NCBI GenBank assembly: GCA_026025075.1
Contig: JAPEUI010000001.1
Coordinates: forward strand, 372,001 to 423,731
DNA length: 51,731 nucleotides
Reading direction: 5' to 3'
Source: Vezdaea acicularis
Taxonomy: Eukaryota
The stretch's first letter is position 1; each line of letters opens with the position of its first letter. A program made the position numbers and the translations under genes. Below the pieces are notes generated by a model that was given only the letters and a program-made list of their open reading frames with translations, ran no database searches and was not told where the DNA came from. Positions 15,102 through 27,415 of the stretch are shown here, one piece after another.

Positions 15102-15789
15102 ATGTCAACCACCTCCCGGCCCTCCAAACCCTCGACTGCCCCCTCGGCCCCCACTCCGCCCCTTCACCCCTCCACAACCAGCACCGTCGACGCCTCCGCC
15201 CAATTAATCGGGAGCAACCCCCTCTACCTCGGGCCCCTCACCACACTACACCCGCGCGCGAGGATAGTCACCACATACGCAACAGTACGCATAGGCGAGG
15301 GGAGCGTAATCTGCGAACGAGCTGTGCTCGGGCGGGAGAAAGCCAGAGGCGGGGAGGGAGCGGGACAAGGTAATGGACAGAGCGAAGAGGATGGCACAGA
15401 CGAGGAGGTTGTTATAGGAGACTACGTATTGGTCGAGCCTGGCGCGGTCGTGGAAGCGGCGAGTATAGGGGAAGGGAGTACGATCGGTGTAGGGTGTGTG
15501 CTTGGGGACGGATGTATCATTGGCGAAGTACCCAACCCCCCTCACACTTCTCCTCTATGTACTATAAAAGACCCCTATCCTGACGACCAGCCAGAATGTA
15601 ACGCTCTTGCCGCAAGTCACCATTCCGCCGAATGCGTCAGTGCCGGACTTTACGATAGTCTACCGCATCGGAGGAGTGCAGCACCAACGGATAGACCACG
15701 GAGCGCAGCAGAAAGGCATTGTGGAGGCGAGGAAGAAGTTGCGGAGGAGGCAGGCGGAAGTGCTCAGGATGTTGATAAGGGGCCGGTAA
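15102..15789 (+). CDS. Dynactin p27 (DCTN6)-like left-handed beta-helix protein
   Basis: Hexapeptide repeats (LHPRARI, VRIGEGSVI, VVIGDYVLV, SIGEGSTIGVGCVLGDGCIIGE). One intron from GTACCC at ~15528 to CCAG at ~15594; exon 2 ends IRGR* at 15789. Confidence 0.75.
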
Positions 15790-16218
15790 GCTGGAGAAGG
15801 GCGTAGGGCTGCAAGAAGGGTGGAGTGCAGGATTGGCAACGAGGGTTTCAATTGCTTACAGCCCACCGAGCGTATTAAGCGTATCAAGGACCTCTCCTGG
15901 TTGAGCGAGCATATCACCAGTTACAATCTCGTCAAAGATCAAAGATTGGTGGTCCTGCAGAAACTGGAAGCCTAAGCCCCAGCCATTTGTTTGAGAGAGC
16001 CCCGCTAGCTATGCCGCCAAAGAAAACAAATCAACCCCCATTTCCCCCCATCCAGTAAACCCGCTTGAAACAAGAATTTGCAAAGACATTTCCACAGTTA
16101 TCTTGCTCGTAGCAGGCTGAAACCCATTTAAAGAGCTATTTTCAGCCAACTTACTACAGCCGCAGCATGTAGAATAAATGCCCCCCCAACTGATTGTCCA
16201 TATTAGTACATACACCGT

Positions 16219-19200
16219 CTAACTTCCCGCCCCACCCCCTCGAATTCTCTTCCCTGAGCCGGTGTCTTCTCCTCCCTCGCTGTCCCTGGGCCTCTTGTTG
16301 CCGCTAGGTACAAACTGTCTCGCAGCTGCATTAAGGTTTCCTCTCGCGCTATTGGGACTGCTTTCGCGAGATATCTGAGGCACATCCGTCCGGACATTTG
16401 GAGTGCCGCCTCGACCGCGCTGTCCCCTACCTCCACCTCGGGGAAGGCCAGATTGCCCACCTCGCTGATTCTGGTACTGATTCTGTCCCTGTGGATCCTG
16501 TCCTTGATGACCTTGCTGGCCGCGTCCCCGGCCCATGCCGCGAACTTGACCGGCGCCTCCTCGAGGAATACCGGACTGGCCGACTATTCCTTGCAATGCT
16601 TTCGGACCAGTGCCCGCGTTATTTGCAGGCTGCCCTTGAGGAGGTTTGTTTGGCAAACTAGAGTTCGTCTCCGTATGAGGTGCCGCAGGAGGGTTAACGG
16701 GGCCATTGATATTGGCTTGTTTACGTGCTAACGCTACATCTTCGACAACAGGCCTGGTTGGAGGCTGCACAGGAGCTGGTACGGTTGGTGCCTTCGCACC
16801 ATTGGTTGGTTGTGTTGTTTTCTGTGACGAAGAACTCGGAATCTGTTTTGTGGCAGTCTGTTGTGAGGTTGCTACCACTGCTTGAGGCTTGAAACTCCTA
16901 ACAATAGTCCAAACCTCAGACACAGGTCGCTCTGGTGTCTCTGAAGCTGCTTTCTCGACGATCCCAAGCTTAGCTGTAGCAAGTTTGGCCCTGTTCTCAT
17001 TCATGCTGATTTTAACAGAGGACCTCTTCGACTCCATTAGGACTGCTTCCTCTTTGGTAGTGATTGCTCTCTTCTCAGCTTCCTCAAGCTTTACTTTGGC
17101 GATTTCTTCCTGTTCTGATATGACCTTGGCAACAAGAGCCTCTTTCTCCTTGGATAAAGCACCAACAATATTTTTCCTCACGATGTCTCTGATAGTCGCG
17201 TTGTTGGCAACTAAATCTTTCGCTTCCGCATCTGTAGGCTCGTACGGCCCTTTCTGTGCGGTGGCTTGAGAGGCTGGAGCGACCGCATTCTCCGCTTGCC
17301 ATATTGCCCTCTCTTGAGCTAGCCTGGTCTGCTCTTCGCTCTTGAGCTTCTCGATCTCCTGTTGGTGCTGAGACTTTACAGATGCAATTTCTTGTTCATA
17401 CTGAGACTTCATAGATGCAATTTCTTCTTCATGCTGAGACTTTAGAGAGGCAATCTCCTGCAGATGCTCTGCCTTGAGCTGCTCGATTGCTGTGTTGTGC
17501 TCAACATCAGTTTCCTCTTTATATGCTTGCCTTCCACTCTTCAGTTTGGAATTCAATTGCGTCTTCATATTATCGACTCGAGCCTGGAACTTGTCTTGCG
17601 CTTGCTGAAGACGTTCTTCGAACTGGAGAGTAAGATCTGCCTGAATCTGCTCGGCCTGTTGAGATATTGTTGGTGAACCATCCTCTCCAGAGGCATTGGA
17701 TATGACAGCATTGATTGTTGCGTTTGCTTTGAGGCTTTCTACTTCTTTTTGTGCCTCGGCAAGATCCTGCTGTAGTTGCCCAAGCTGTTCAGCAGAGTTG
17801 TCATTTTGAGGATTTTGTTGCTCTGTTGATTGGATTTGACGTAACTGAGAGTTTACATTAACGAGGCTTTGTTGGAGCTCTGTTATTTGATTTTCCAGTC
17901 GAGTGATTGTTTTCTGGTTATTTTGTGCCTGAGACTCAAGCTTGATGACTGTCTCTGCACTCGATGTTGCCCTGATTTCAGTCTCCCGGAGTCTTTCTTC
18001 CAGAGCCTCCTTCTCCGCAGCCCAATTACCATCAGCACTGGACTCATTCACTTGGCCGTCCTCACTACCATTTTGTAAGGTAGAGCCTGAAACGTGAGGA
18101 AGATCCTGAGCCGAATGTGACGCAGCAGACGCATTTGCACGATCTCGTTCAGCTTTGACGGCCTCGAGCTCTTCCTTAAGTGCCGAAAGTTCCTCCTCTA
18201 GTGAGAATCTCTCAGTGGTAAGCCGCTCACGCTGTTCCTTTAGAGCTTGCTGAGCACGCTCTTTGAACTTCTCACGCTGCTCCTGCCAAGGTTTGATTGC
18301 CTCATCTTGCGCAGATTTGATCTGCTGGGGTATAGACTCAACTTGCATCTGCAACGGCTCCTTTTCAGCAATGAGAGCATCGCGCTCGTTTTGAAGAGTA
18401 TTGATCTGTTCTTTCAAAGATTCTAGTTCCGCAGGATCGACTCTATCGTACTTCTGGAGTATGTTTTGTGTACGTTGCTGCCATCTGTTGCGGTCTTCTT
18501 GCAAGAGCTTCATTTCACCCTCAGTAGTTTCTTTATCACTTTCGAGAACGCGAATCTTAGTTTCAAGAGGCTCTATCTGTTGTAGGAGCTCATCAATCTT
18601 CTTTGTAGCCTCAGCGAGCTGAGCTTGAGCATTCCGAGCTTCGTTTCGAAGGGTGATACTGCTCTCACGATATACATTGAGCTCATTTATCTTTTCGATA
18701 AGCTCATTCTGTGTAATCGAGCTTCTCGTCTGATCTGCTTGTGAGCGTCTCTCCTGATCAAGCTTGAGTCGCGTCTCATCAAGTTGGGTCTGAGAATAGT
18801 CGAGTTGCTGTCTCATTCGCTTCGATTCTTGGATGGAAAGCTCGTACTGTACATCCACAATCTCCTTCTCTCTTCTTAGGTACCGTATGACCTCTCTGAG
18901 CTCATCCACAGATCGGTCGGCCGCGCTCTCTCCAGTAGAAGCCGATGGAGATTCTTCCTGGCCGAAGTCTGCGCGGCGTTGTTTGAGCGAGTTTATCTGA
19001 GCGCCAACGCTCTCCAACTGATGATGTAGAAGCTTGTTTTGAGCATTGACGTCTTCCCTCCTCGTACGCATTTCGTTGAGCTCTCGCTCATACCCCTCTT
19101 TGGACTCCTCCCAGCTACTCTCCTTTTGGACCAACCTATCTCTCAAAGCCTCGGCCTCTGTCCGTAATCCGACAACTTCGACCTTCAGGCTATTGTATTC

Positions 19201-22200
19201 TGCTCGTACCTTTTGCAGCATCTGTGTTGCCTCGGCGTGCTTGACGAGTTCAGTCTCGTAATTTTGTTGTGCCTGCTGCGCAATCTCTGCTTGAGCCTTG
19301 AGATCCTCTTGATGGAATTGCGCGGCGGTAGCGTGACGCTCATCTTCGTCCTTTAGCCTGACAATCTCGGCCTCGAGCATAACCTTCATTTCCTCGAACT
19401 TCCGGGAACTTTCCAGCTCCTGGTTCCGTAAGGCGGAAAGCTCGTTATTGGTATTAGAGAGCTCAGTTGATATATCTTCGACGCGCTCTTCGAGGCTGCG
19501 GATTTTGGCGTCCTTCTCCTCTATCAAACGGTCCATTTCCAGACGATACTCCTCTTGAGCATCGTTGAAGTTTTGCAACTCTTCTTCTGCAGCTTGACTT
19601 ATAGATTTGTACTGTTCGATCTGAGCTTTCTGATTCTCAATTTCGGATCTTGCAAGCTCCAGGTCCCGCTTAAGCTCGGAAATTTCAACAGCCAATTCCT
19701 GTTCCTTCGTGATCGAATCCTCTTCGCCATCTTCACCTCTCGCGGATTCAGACGAACCAGCTTCATTGGCTCGGCTTCGTGCTGTTGGTCGAGGTTGGAG
19801 TACCTGAGCCCGCTCTTCAGCACTCTTAAGCTCAATAAGCAATTCTTCATTTCTGACTTGGAGGTGATCACGGGCAGTCTTTGCGGCGGCGAGCTCTTCT
19901 CGCGTCCAGCCAAGACTAGACACAAGGTCATCTATTCTCTTTTGGCTTTGTTGATGGTCGTACTCCCTCCTCAGCGATGCCTTCTTTGAGTCTTCAACTT
20001 CGTCATTCAGCCTCCGCTTGGTAGTTTGTAATTCTGATTCTAAAGCCTCTACTTGAGCTTGAAGTTTCCGCCTCGAATCTGAATCCGAACGCTCGCGCTC
20101 ATTTTGCAGGTTTTGGAGATTTGCGAGTAATCCATTGAGTCGATTTCGTTCGTTCGCAAGACTTTCGTTATCCTCGCTGAGACGCTTCTCAATTTTTTTC
20201 CACAAATCCTTCTCGGCCTTTAGGTTGGAAATCTCACTCCTCATGCTGTCAGTCATGCTCTTTGCTTCTACCAGCTCTTCCGCGACCTGTTGCGACTTGA
20301 GATCTTGCTTGGAAGCGCTCTCCGAGAGTATTTGAGAGCGTTTTTGGAGTTCACTATTTTCTGTTTTTAGCATGTTGACATTTGCCTGGAGCATTTCGTA
20401 GCGCTCGTTTGCAAGTGTAAGCTGGGTGCTGCAACGGTTCAACTCGCTTTGTATTTTACTTTTCTCGACGGCCAAAGAATCTGACTGCTGGCGTAGAGCC
20501 CTGAGGTCGGTGCCAGCCTCATTGCGGTACGTCTCAAAGTGCTGACTCATCTCTTTGAGCATCTTAGCCATCTCTGCCGTCTCTTGACTTTGTGACGAGT
20601 GTTCGATACTTTGCATGACACCACTAGGTGTCGGAGAGGAACCTTGCGATGGTGAGACAGCTGATCCAATACTCATACCTAATGAGGCTTGGCCACGAGT
20701 CTGAACAATTCGACGGAACATATCACGTTCTCTTGCCACAGCGTCGAATCTCGTCTTGGTAGATTTGAGGTCTTCCTGGAGCGTCTGGACTTCCGTACGG
20801 AGAGACTCGAGTTCTTCTCGCTCCTGAGCATGCGCCAAGATGTTCTGTTGCCATCGTGCATCTTCACTTTCCATCTTCTCACCAAGATTGCGTGTAAGAC
20901 TTAGGAGTCGAGTGTTTTGTGCCTGCAGCTCTTCGATACTCTTGAATGTTGCCAGTCTCTCACTAATCAACCTGCTTGTAGGTGTAACGCTATCATCGTC
21001 ATCTTCGTCCAAGTCACCGTGAGCCATTCTCTCTATCTGCATTTGCTCTGCAGCACTCAATTCGTCGAGGTTTTGATCTCGAGCGTGAATTTGGAAAAGA
21101 AGGACCTTGACCTGTGCACTGAGATCTCGCAGCTGTTGCCTTAGCACGTCTCCCTCTTGCCGAAGGCCGTTAACTTCTGCGCTTGACTTTCGAGCGTCCT
21201 TGATGGCTTTGTCGCGTTCCTTGCCAAGGTGCTCAAGAGTGGACGAAAGATGAACGACTTCATTCTCTAAGCGCTCCTTCTCGCTCTCATTTTCCTGCAC
21301 TTCAGGCCCCTTTTCCTCTAATGTCTGCGTTATATCTTCGAGTTGAACTGCAAGCTTCTGACTATGGCGTTCCGCGGCAGCGAGCCTTGTCTTCAATCTA
21401 GCGTTCTCTGCAACTAGTTCTGTGTTCGTAGACGCGCTCTTCATGCGGGACGCGCCCGGAGAGAAAGCAGATATTGGGGATCCGGACCGGCCGAGGAAAG
21501 AGCTGCCGTTTACAACACGCCGAGGCGTTCCAGGTGCCGATACGTTGTTCCTCAGCGCGGAGATGTCGGCTTCTAGTCTTTCAATCTTTTCCTCGAGCTC
21601 TGCGACATGAGTCTCTGCCGCCTCTCTCTCGGTCCGTTCTGTTTCCGTCTCCGCGCGCGCAGCCCCTATCTCATCAGCTGCTTCATCCTGGAGTCGTTCT
21701 TGGTTTGCTTCAACTTCTTGCAACCGCTCCTTCGTGGTTTTTAGACTTGAGTCGTAAAGTGCTGCCAATCTTTGCGCGTTTGCTAGCTCTTTCCGGTTTT
21801 CTTCTTCCTGCTTAGCGGCATTATCCTGCAATTGCTGTATCTTGGCAAAGGCTGAGTCGGCCTTCTGGCTAACATCCTCTAAGCGCGTTCTTAGGGCTGA
21901 TTCTGTACGACGCACAGCGTCGAGAGTTGAGTTAGTGTCTTCGTTCAGACGTTGCAATTCCGAAATCCTAGCCCCCTTCTCTTTGCGAGTCTTCGTAAGC
22001 TCCGCAGCTTTAGTCTGCAGTTCTGTTTCGAACCACTCATTTCGTTTTCGAAGCAGCTCCAGCTCTTGCTCGAGATTTGACTCTCGGAATTTGGCAGTAG
22101 TTGAGGCTGATTGAGCAGTCTGAACAGTTTGTTCCAATGTAGAGATCTCCCGCCTCAGCTCAATAAGTTTCTGATGTTGAGTTGTAAGTTCTTCGGCAAG

Positions 22201-22715
22201 CCGATCGTGTGCTGTAGACTTTGACTCTAGGAGCGCAACCGTATCTCGATTCGAAGATTCAAGTGATGAGATGCGCGATCGGAGCGTCGAGAGCTCGGAT
22301 GTTGAAGTGGTTGAGGAGTTTTTGATCGTTTGTAACTCATTCTCGAGAGTAGCCCGGGCATTTTCTGGTAGAGAGTGAGAAATTAGTTGTGCAGTCAAGG
22401 TGGTCCTAAGCACGCATGCGCACCTTGTTCATTAAGCTTCGCTCGCAACTCTGATATCTCCTTTAAGCCCTTTTCGACCGAGGCTTTGAGGCTCCTTGTC
22501 CGAGACTCTCCACTTCGGACTGCATTTTCTAGCTCAACTTCCTGCCGTACTTTGTCGGCTTTGAGCTCATCGAACTCTCGTGCTTTTATAGCGACAGCTT
22601 GCAACACTGATGCTACAAGATCAACTGTTGGTGCTTCGAGAGATGCTGTAAGGCTCGGCTGGGGTATCGAAAGAAACCTAGATAGGTACGGCACATCTAC
22701 CGTCGCCGCGGCCAT
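16219..22715 (-). CDS. MLP1: Nuclear basket coiled-coil protein TPR/Mlp1
   Basis: About 2,150 aa, mostly coiled coil. Motifs FKSIEELQAQNTRLL, AQQNYETELVKHAE, YLRREKEI, RWQQRTQNILQKY. RGG-rich tail with NLS-like KRPR...KRIR. One intron at 22423-22365. Confidence 0.93.
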
Positions 22716-23427
22716 CGTGAAAGCGTTGTGAGAGACTTAAGGACATCACATGCCCGGCAAACAATCAGAAAGATAGTCTCTCTTTCAGTGGAAGAAGACT
22801 TCTGTCGTCGGTGTAGCAGATCGACGTGAAAGAGACAGGGATTCTGTGTCGCGTCGAGGGTATATGAGGTGGAAAAGAAACTACCTTTAGAAAGGAGCAA
22901 GAGTAGGCGGAGGCGTTCCTAAGGTCATGCTAGTTTTTTAAACACACACACTCAATCGTGTAAGGGCCGAGTCTTTCAGAGACTCGCTCAAACTGTGTTG
23001 GGCGACAGGAAAAGTCCCATTAACAAGACCGTGGTGTTTTGTGTAACTTCTTTGAGGCTTGACGAGCGAGTGCTGCATCGGGACAGTAGCCGCTAGGCTA
23101 AAGTTGGGTGGCTGGTAAAAAGTCTTGGCGCTCCCCACTACGAGTGGAGCACCCAAATGTCAAAGCTCTGTGCTCACTCACTCCAACACTTATATTCACA
23201 CACATCTACATTCGTTCTTTTAATTCATATTAGAATCCATCTTCAAGGTCGCAACCTCCTTCTAAACTTAGTTGCTGTGCCGAGATTCCTTCCTTCCACT
23301 GTGCCGCGTTCTACGTTAGAACGCCTTTTTCAACGATACATGCAACGGTGAGCTCGAGAGCTGCCGGTCAGCTCTTCTGTTCCGCTACCTTATAGCGGCT
23401 CTCGGCCATATCCAAACCGACATCAAG

Positions 23428-24297
23428 ATGTCTTCAAAGTCACTTCAGGAGCAGACGGCTGCCTTTCGGGCGACCATGGCTTCTTCGGGTGCCAAATTTA
23501 TAAGCACTCACAAAGCTGAACAGCCAAATCGCTCCCCTAGCCATGCGAGTGCTACAAACCCCGACCTCAAGCGGAAGCGCGATGAAGGGAAAAAGGCTAC
23601 GGTGGTATATTCACAGCCTGCGGATATTGGGACAGGCACAAATATCATGACACAGGTCACCTATGCGGTAGACCGTCTCAAGAGCGAAGAGAAGGCTCTT
23701 AGTTTTGACGAGATTGTAAGATATCTGAGCCTTAGAGGTGAACCAGGGCAAAAAAATCTGGCGCATATTCTAAGAAGACATGAGCGGATCGAATGGAAGG
23801 CAGACTCTAAGAGCCATAGCTGGAACTCAGGCACATTTCGGTTCAAACCAATTCACAACATTCACTCCGGTACAGAACTTCTCACCTATCTACAATCTCA
23901 GCGAACTGCACAAGGTATCCTCATGAAAGAGCTTAAGGAAGGTTGGAGTGCTGCAGAGGCGGTCGTGGACGAGCTCGAAAGCGAAGGCAAGCTCCTCGTA
24001 ACTCGCAATAAAAAGGACAACCACGCGCGCGCAGTTTGGCCGAACGACCCGTCTCTCTCAGTTGCAATCGATGACGAGTTCCGATATCTGTGGCATCGAA
24101 TTGTCGTACCTAAAGACGCAGACCTTCCGAGCGAGCTTGTCAAGCTAGGCCTACAACCAACAAGCTCTGATGGATCGAAAAAGATCAAGACCGCACCGAA
24201 GCCGAAAGAGAAGAAGCAGAAGAAGCGCCGTGTGGGGAAAACAACGAACAATCATCTTATTGGAGTTCTACGCGACTACTCCAACGTTCAGAGATGA
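23428..24297 (+). CDS. TFA2: Transcription initiation factor TFIIE beta subunit
   Basis: VYSQPA.TGTG, TQVTYAV, FRFKPIHNI, KELKEGW, basic C-terminus with GKTTNNHL; intronless. Confidence 0.92.
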   Translation: MSSKSLQEQTAAFRATMASSGAKFISTHKAEQPNRSPSHASATNPDLKRKRDEGKKATVVYSQPADIGTGTNIMTQVTYAVDRLKSEEKALSFDEIVRYLSLRGEPGQKNLAHILRRHERIEWKADSKSHSWNSGTFRFKPIHNIHSGTELLTYLQSQRTAQGILMKELKEGWSAAEAVVDELESEGKLLVTRNKKDNHARAVWPNDPSLSVAIDDEFRYLWHRIVVPKDADLPSELVKLGLQPTSSDGSKKIKTAPKPKEKKQKKRRVGKTTNNHLIGVLRDYSNVQR

Positions 24298-25072
24298 TTC
24301 CGGTTATGAGTCCTGGATATATAACAGGTCTGATTGGCTTGCCTTGCTAGTGGGGGGCTTATCTGATTGCTGAAGGCCTCTAGTGATATTGCATAGCGTG
24401 GCGTTATAAAAGGCGGTGGGGCAGTACTTTGTGCTTTCCTTCTTCAGGATAGCTTAAGGTTTCTTCAAGCCGAGTCAAAGGCCAATTAAAAATCTTCACA
24501 GGGCATATAAGTTAAAAGCAGTCTGCATTTAGACTTTGGAAGATCTCTCGAACTGTAGCAGTTCAAACACTGCTGGCTTATTATATCCGCCTTGAGAGTC
24601 ATGATCATCAACTTGACCAAGCATTCGAGTAGATATCCTAGATGCACTCCCTACTCACGAAACTCGTCTCCTGAAGCCCGTTCCTCATACCTTTACGAAA
24701 CCATTCCTTCACCGCTTGGCCCATAGCTTCGCAATACTAGCGGTCCCTTCCCCAAGACTGGATCGATGTTTACCCACGCTGGCGAAATGGTCATGGGCAT
24801 GATGACCGTCGCAATGAGAAAGCAGCCTGCTAGAAGCGTGTGTTGTTGCTTATTAAGGGGTACTCAACCGAACATCATCTTACCAATGGGTAGCCCAAGA
24901 AACCAGCTAGGGTGACAAAGTTGAACCTCCTTATACACTGTTGCGATAGGGGCACGCCGATCTACCCGACTAACTTCATGGGGCGCCTATGTTGGCACTT
25001 CTTGCGTTGAGATTCTTGCCTCCAGGTAAATGTTGTGAATATGGCTTCTCCATACTCTTGATTATATAACGC

Positions 25073-25928
25073 TCACGCCTTCCCATTTAAATGCGGTGAA
25101 ATACCCTCAGTTCTCTCGACGTATTCCACCAATGCCTCAATAGTGCAAACTTTCAAGCCCCACTTCTTTCCAAACGCAAGGCACCCTTCCGTCCTCAGCA
25201 TCCCTGAATCAACTCTTTCCGCTCTTGGGGCTACGGGGCCGTGGCCATTCATCTGAACCGACGGCTCTCCTCCGTCGTCAACGAGCTCACATATCACTCC
25301 CACTTCTCCCATCCGCGCCAGCCTGCAGAATTCGACTGCTGCTTCCGTGTGTCCCTTTCTCGACCTTATACCGCCATCCCTCGCTCTCAGGGGGAACACA
25401 TGTCCCGGTCTTCGAAAGCTAGCCGATCGTGCCTTGAGATCTGCTAGAGTTCGACATGTCAGGGCCCTGTCGTGTGATGAGATTCCGGTGGTGGTACTAG
25501 GGTCGGATGAGTCGATAGATACCGTATATGCGGTACCATGGACATCAGTTGAGGCTGATGGTTCAACCATGTAGGGTAAGTCCAAGGCATCAGCCCGGCT
25601 AGTGGGGAGAGGGGCACATATGAGACCACTTGTATGCCGTATCATGAAAGCCATTTTTTCTGTTGTGATTGCGGATGCGGCGATTATTAGGTCCCCCTCA
25701 TTTTCGCGGGAGGGGGAGTCGAGGACGACGATGAATTCGCCATTGCCTATACCAGATACACCCTCAGCATACAGACTCATAGTACTAGAACCTCAGCATC
25801 AGGACCTCGTGAGCAAGCAAATAGGCCGAGGAGGCCAACGCAGTGTTCATGCTGTAGTACATACTGAAAGCCTCTATTGTGTCCTCTATAGAATCAAATC
25901 CTCCTTCCGAGATGGTCGTGGAATGCAT
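25073..25928 (-). CDS. RIB3: 3,4-dihydroxy-2-butanone 4-phosphate synthase (riboflavin biosynthesis)
   Basis: Exon 1 MHSTTISEGGFDSIEDTIEAF, intron 25864-25747, then RENEGDL, TSGLIC, TTGISSHDRA, RPGHVFPL, GHTEAAV. Confidence 0.96.
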
Positions 25929-26633
25929 GTTTGCTAAGGCAAGACTCCAATCCAATGTAGCCTGTTTATGTACGGAAAGCGGCCGGGATGGTGACTAGGA
26001 GGAAATAGCAGATATGCAAGGCCTAATGTTGTCTGAGTGATTGATTAACAAGAAGAGTAGTAATTGGCAGCTGTTAGCTATTGTCTGAGAAGTGTCCCAA
26101 ACTTATGGTCAGAGTATTTTCATGGCACATGCGCGATTCCGGGAGCCGGACCATCGGTAGTTGACGATGCCGAGGCTTGGTCAGCATTAGAGAGCGCCCA
26201 AGCTTATGGATAATCATTGAAAATAAGCCGTAACTAAACAATGGAATTAGGTTATATGTCTATGAATAACCCTAAAGCGATTCTGTGAATTAGCATAAAT
26301 TGTCCATGAAGGCCAATCTTATGCCATCTCGAGTACAGGGACGAGGGGCAGTCGACATTACATCATAGTTTTGAGTGAGAGTAACCGTCTAGCCTTGTTC
26401 AGAGCAATTCCAACAAAGGCTTCCTCTCTAGAAGGCTAAAATTCTTGCATTCTTTAGGTAAAACTAACAACGGGAATTCAACGGCAGGAATCCACTGTTT
26501 TACTATCCCTAGTGTTGTACAGGCGTAATGGTATTCAAAGCGTTTACGACAATCTCAACGTCTCCCAGCGCTATCCATCGCGAGCCCACACCCTTCATCA
26601 CGATACCCCACGTTCAATTCATGGCCTGATCAT

Positions 26634-26972
26634 TTAGAGCTTGATTCCACCAATTCCTCCCTTCTTCAAAGCGTCTAAGCCCTCATTTGCAACGCCCTCC
26701 GCTTGTTTATTGCCTTTCAATTCGCCTGGGAAACATTGTTAGTATTACGGGGTTGTCACGACATTTGTTAAGCACCTACCCTCAAGGAAATCGACGCCTT
26801 CTTTCTTTCCCTGTGCTTTGAGCGCTGTGACTTCGGCCTTCGCCTTCGCCTTGAAGAAGTAAAGGGCAATCTTCTCAATGAGCGGCTGGAAGACGCCAGC
26901 GAACCATGCGCCTGCAATTGCAACGGCAATGGCGGCCACGATTATGGAGACGATGAGCGCTGCAGAAACCAT
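26634..26972 (-). CDS. Small protein (~95 aa) with an N-terminal membrane anchor, function unknown
   Basis: ATG in good context (AAAATG), ~25-aa hydrophobic N-terminus, intron GTAGGT...CTAAC...CCCAG, exon 2 GELKGNKQAEG...GGIKL*. Confidence 0.75.
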
Positions 26973-27415
26973 TTTGAAGGTTGAGAATGATGATTGAGTG
27001 AGATTGGTTTAATCTGAAGGAAATATTCAATTGACTTGAACCTGAATTATAATGTACGAGAGATCAAAATATATAAATGCGATCCTTGAGCTGTCATCAT
27101 GCCTGTCTCCCATATATCAAGTTTCTCGTTAGCCAAGAGGGAATGCTTCACTATGACGTTACTGACGCCAGCCACGAGGGGCAGTCCACCCCCCAATTGC
27201 TGCCGCGTCTTGTCATCCCGCGTTTAGTTAAGGGAAATCCTGTTATCGCAATCGATCGACAAGGTTGCGCCACACTTCGAAAAACGTGAGCACGCGAGGC
27301 GAGCCACGAAAAAAGTCGCGACATTGGGGACATCACACAGCTCGGGAATCTCAAGACTTCATGAGTTTGAGCGGTGATCCTCAGTGTCTAGCTCCAATAA
27401 TCAGCCCCGACGCCC

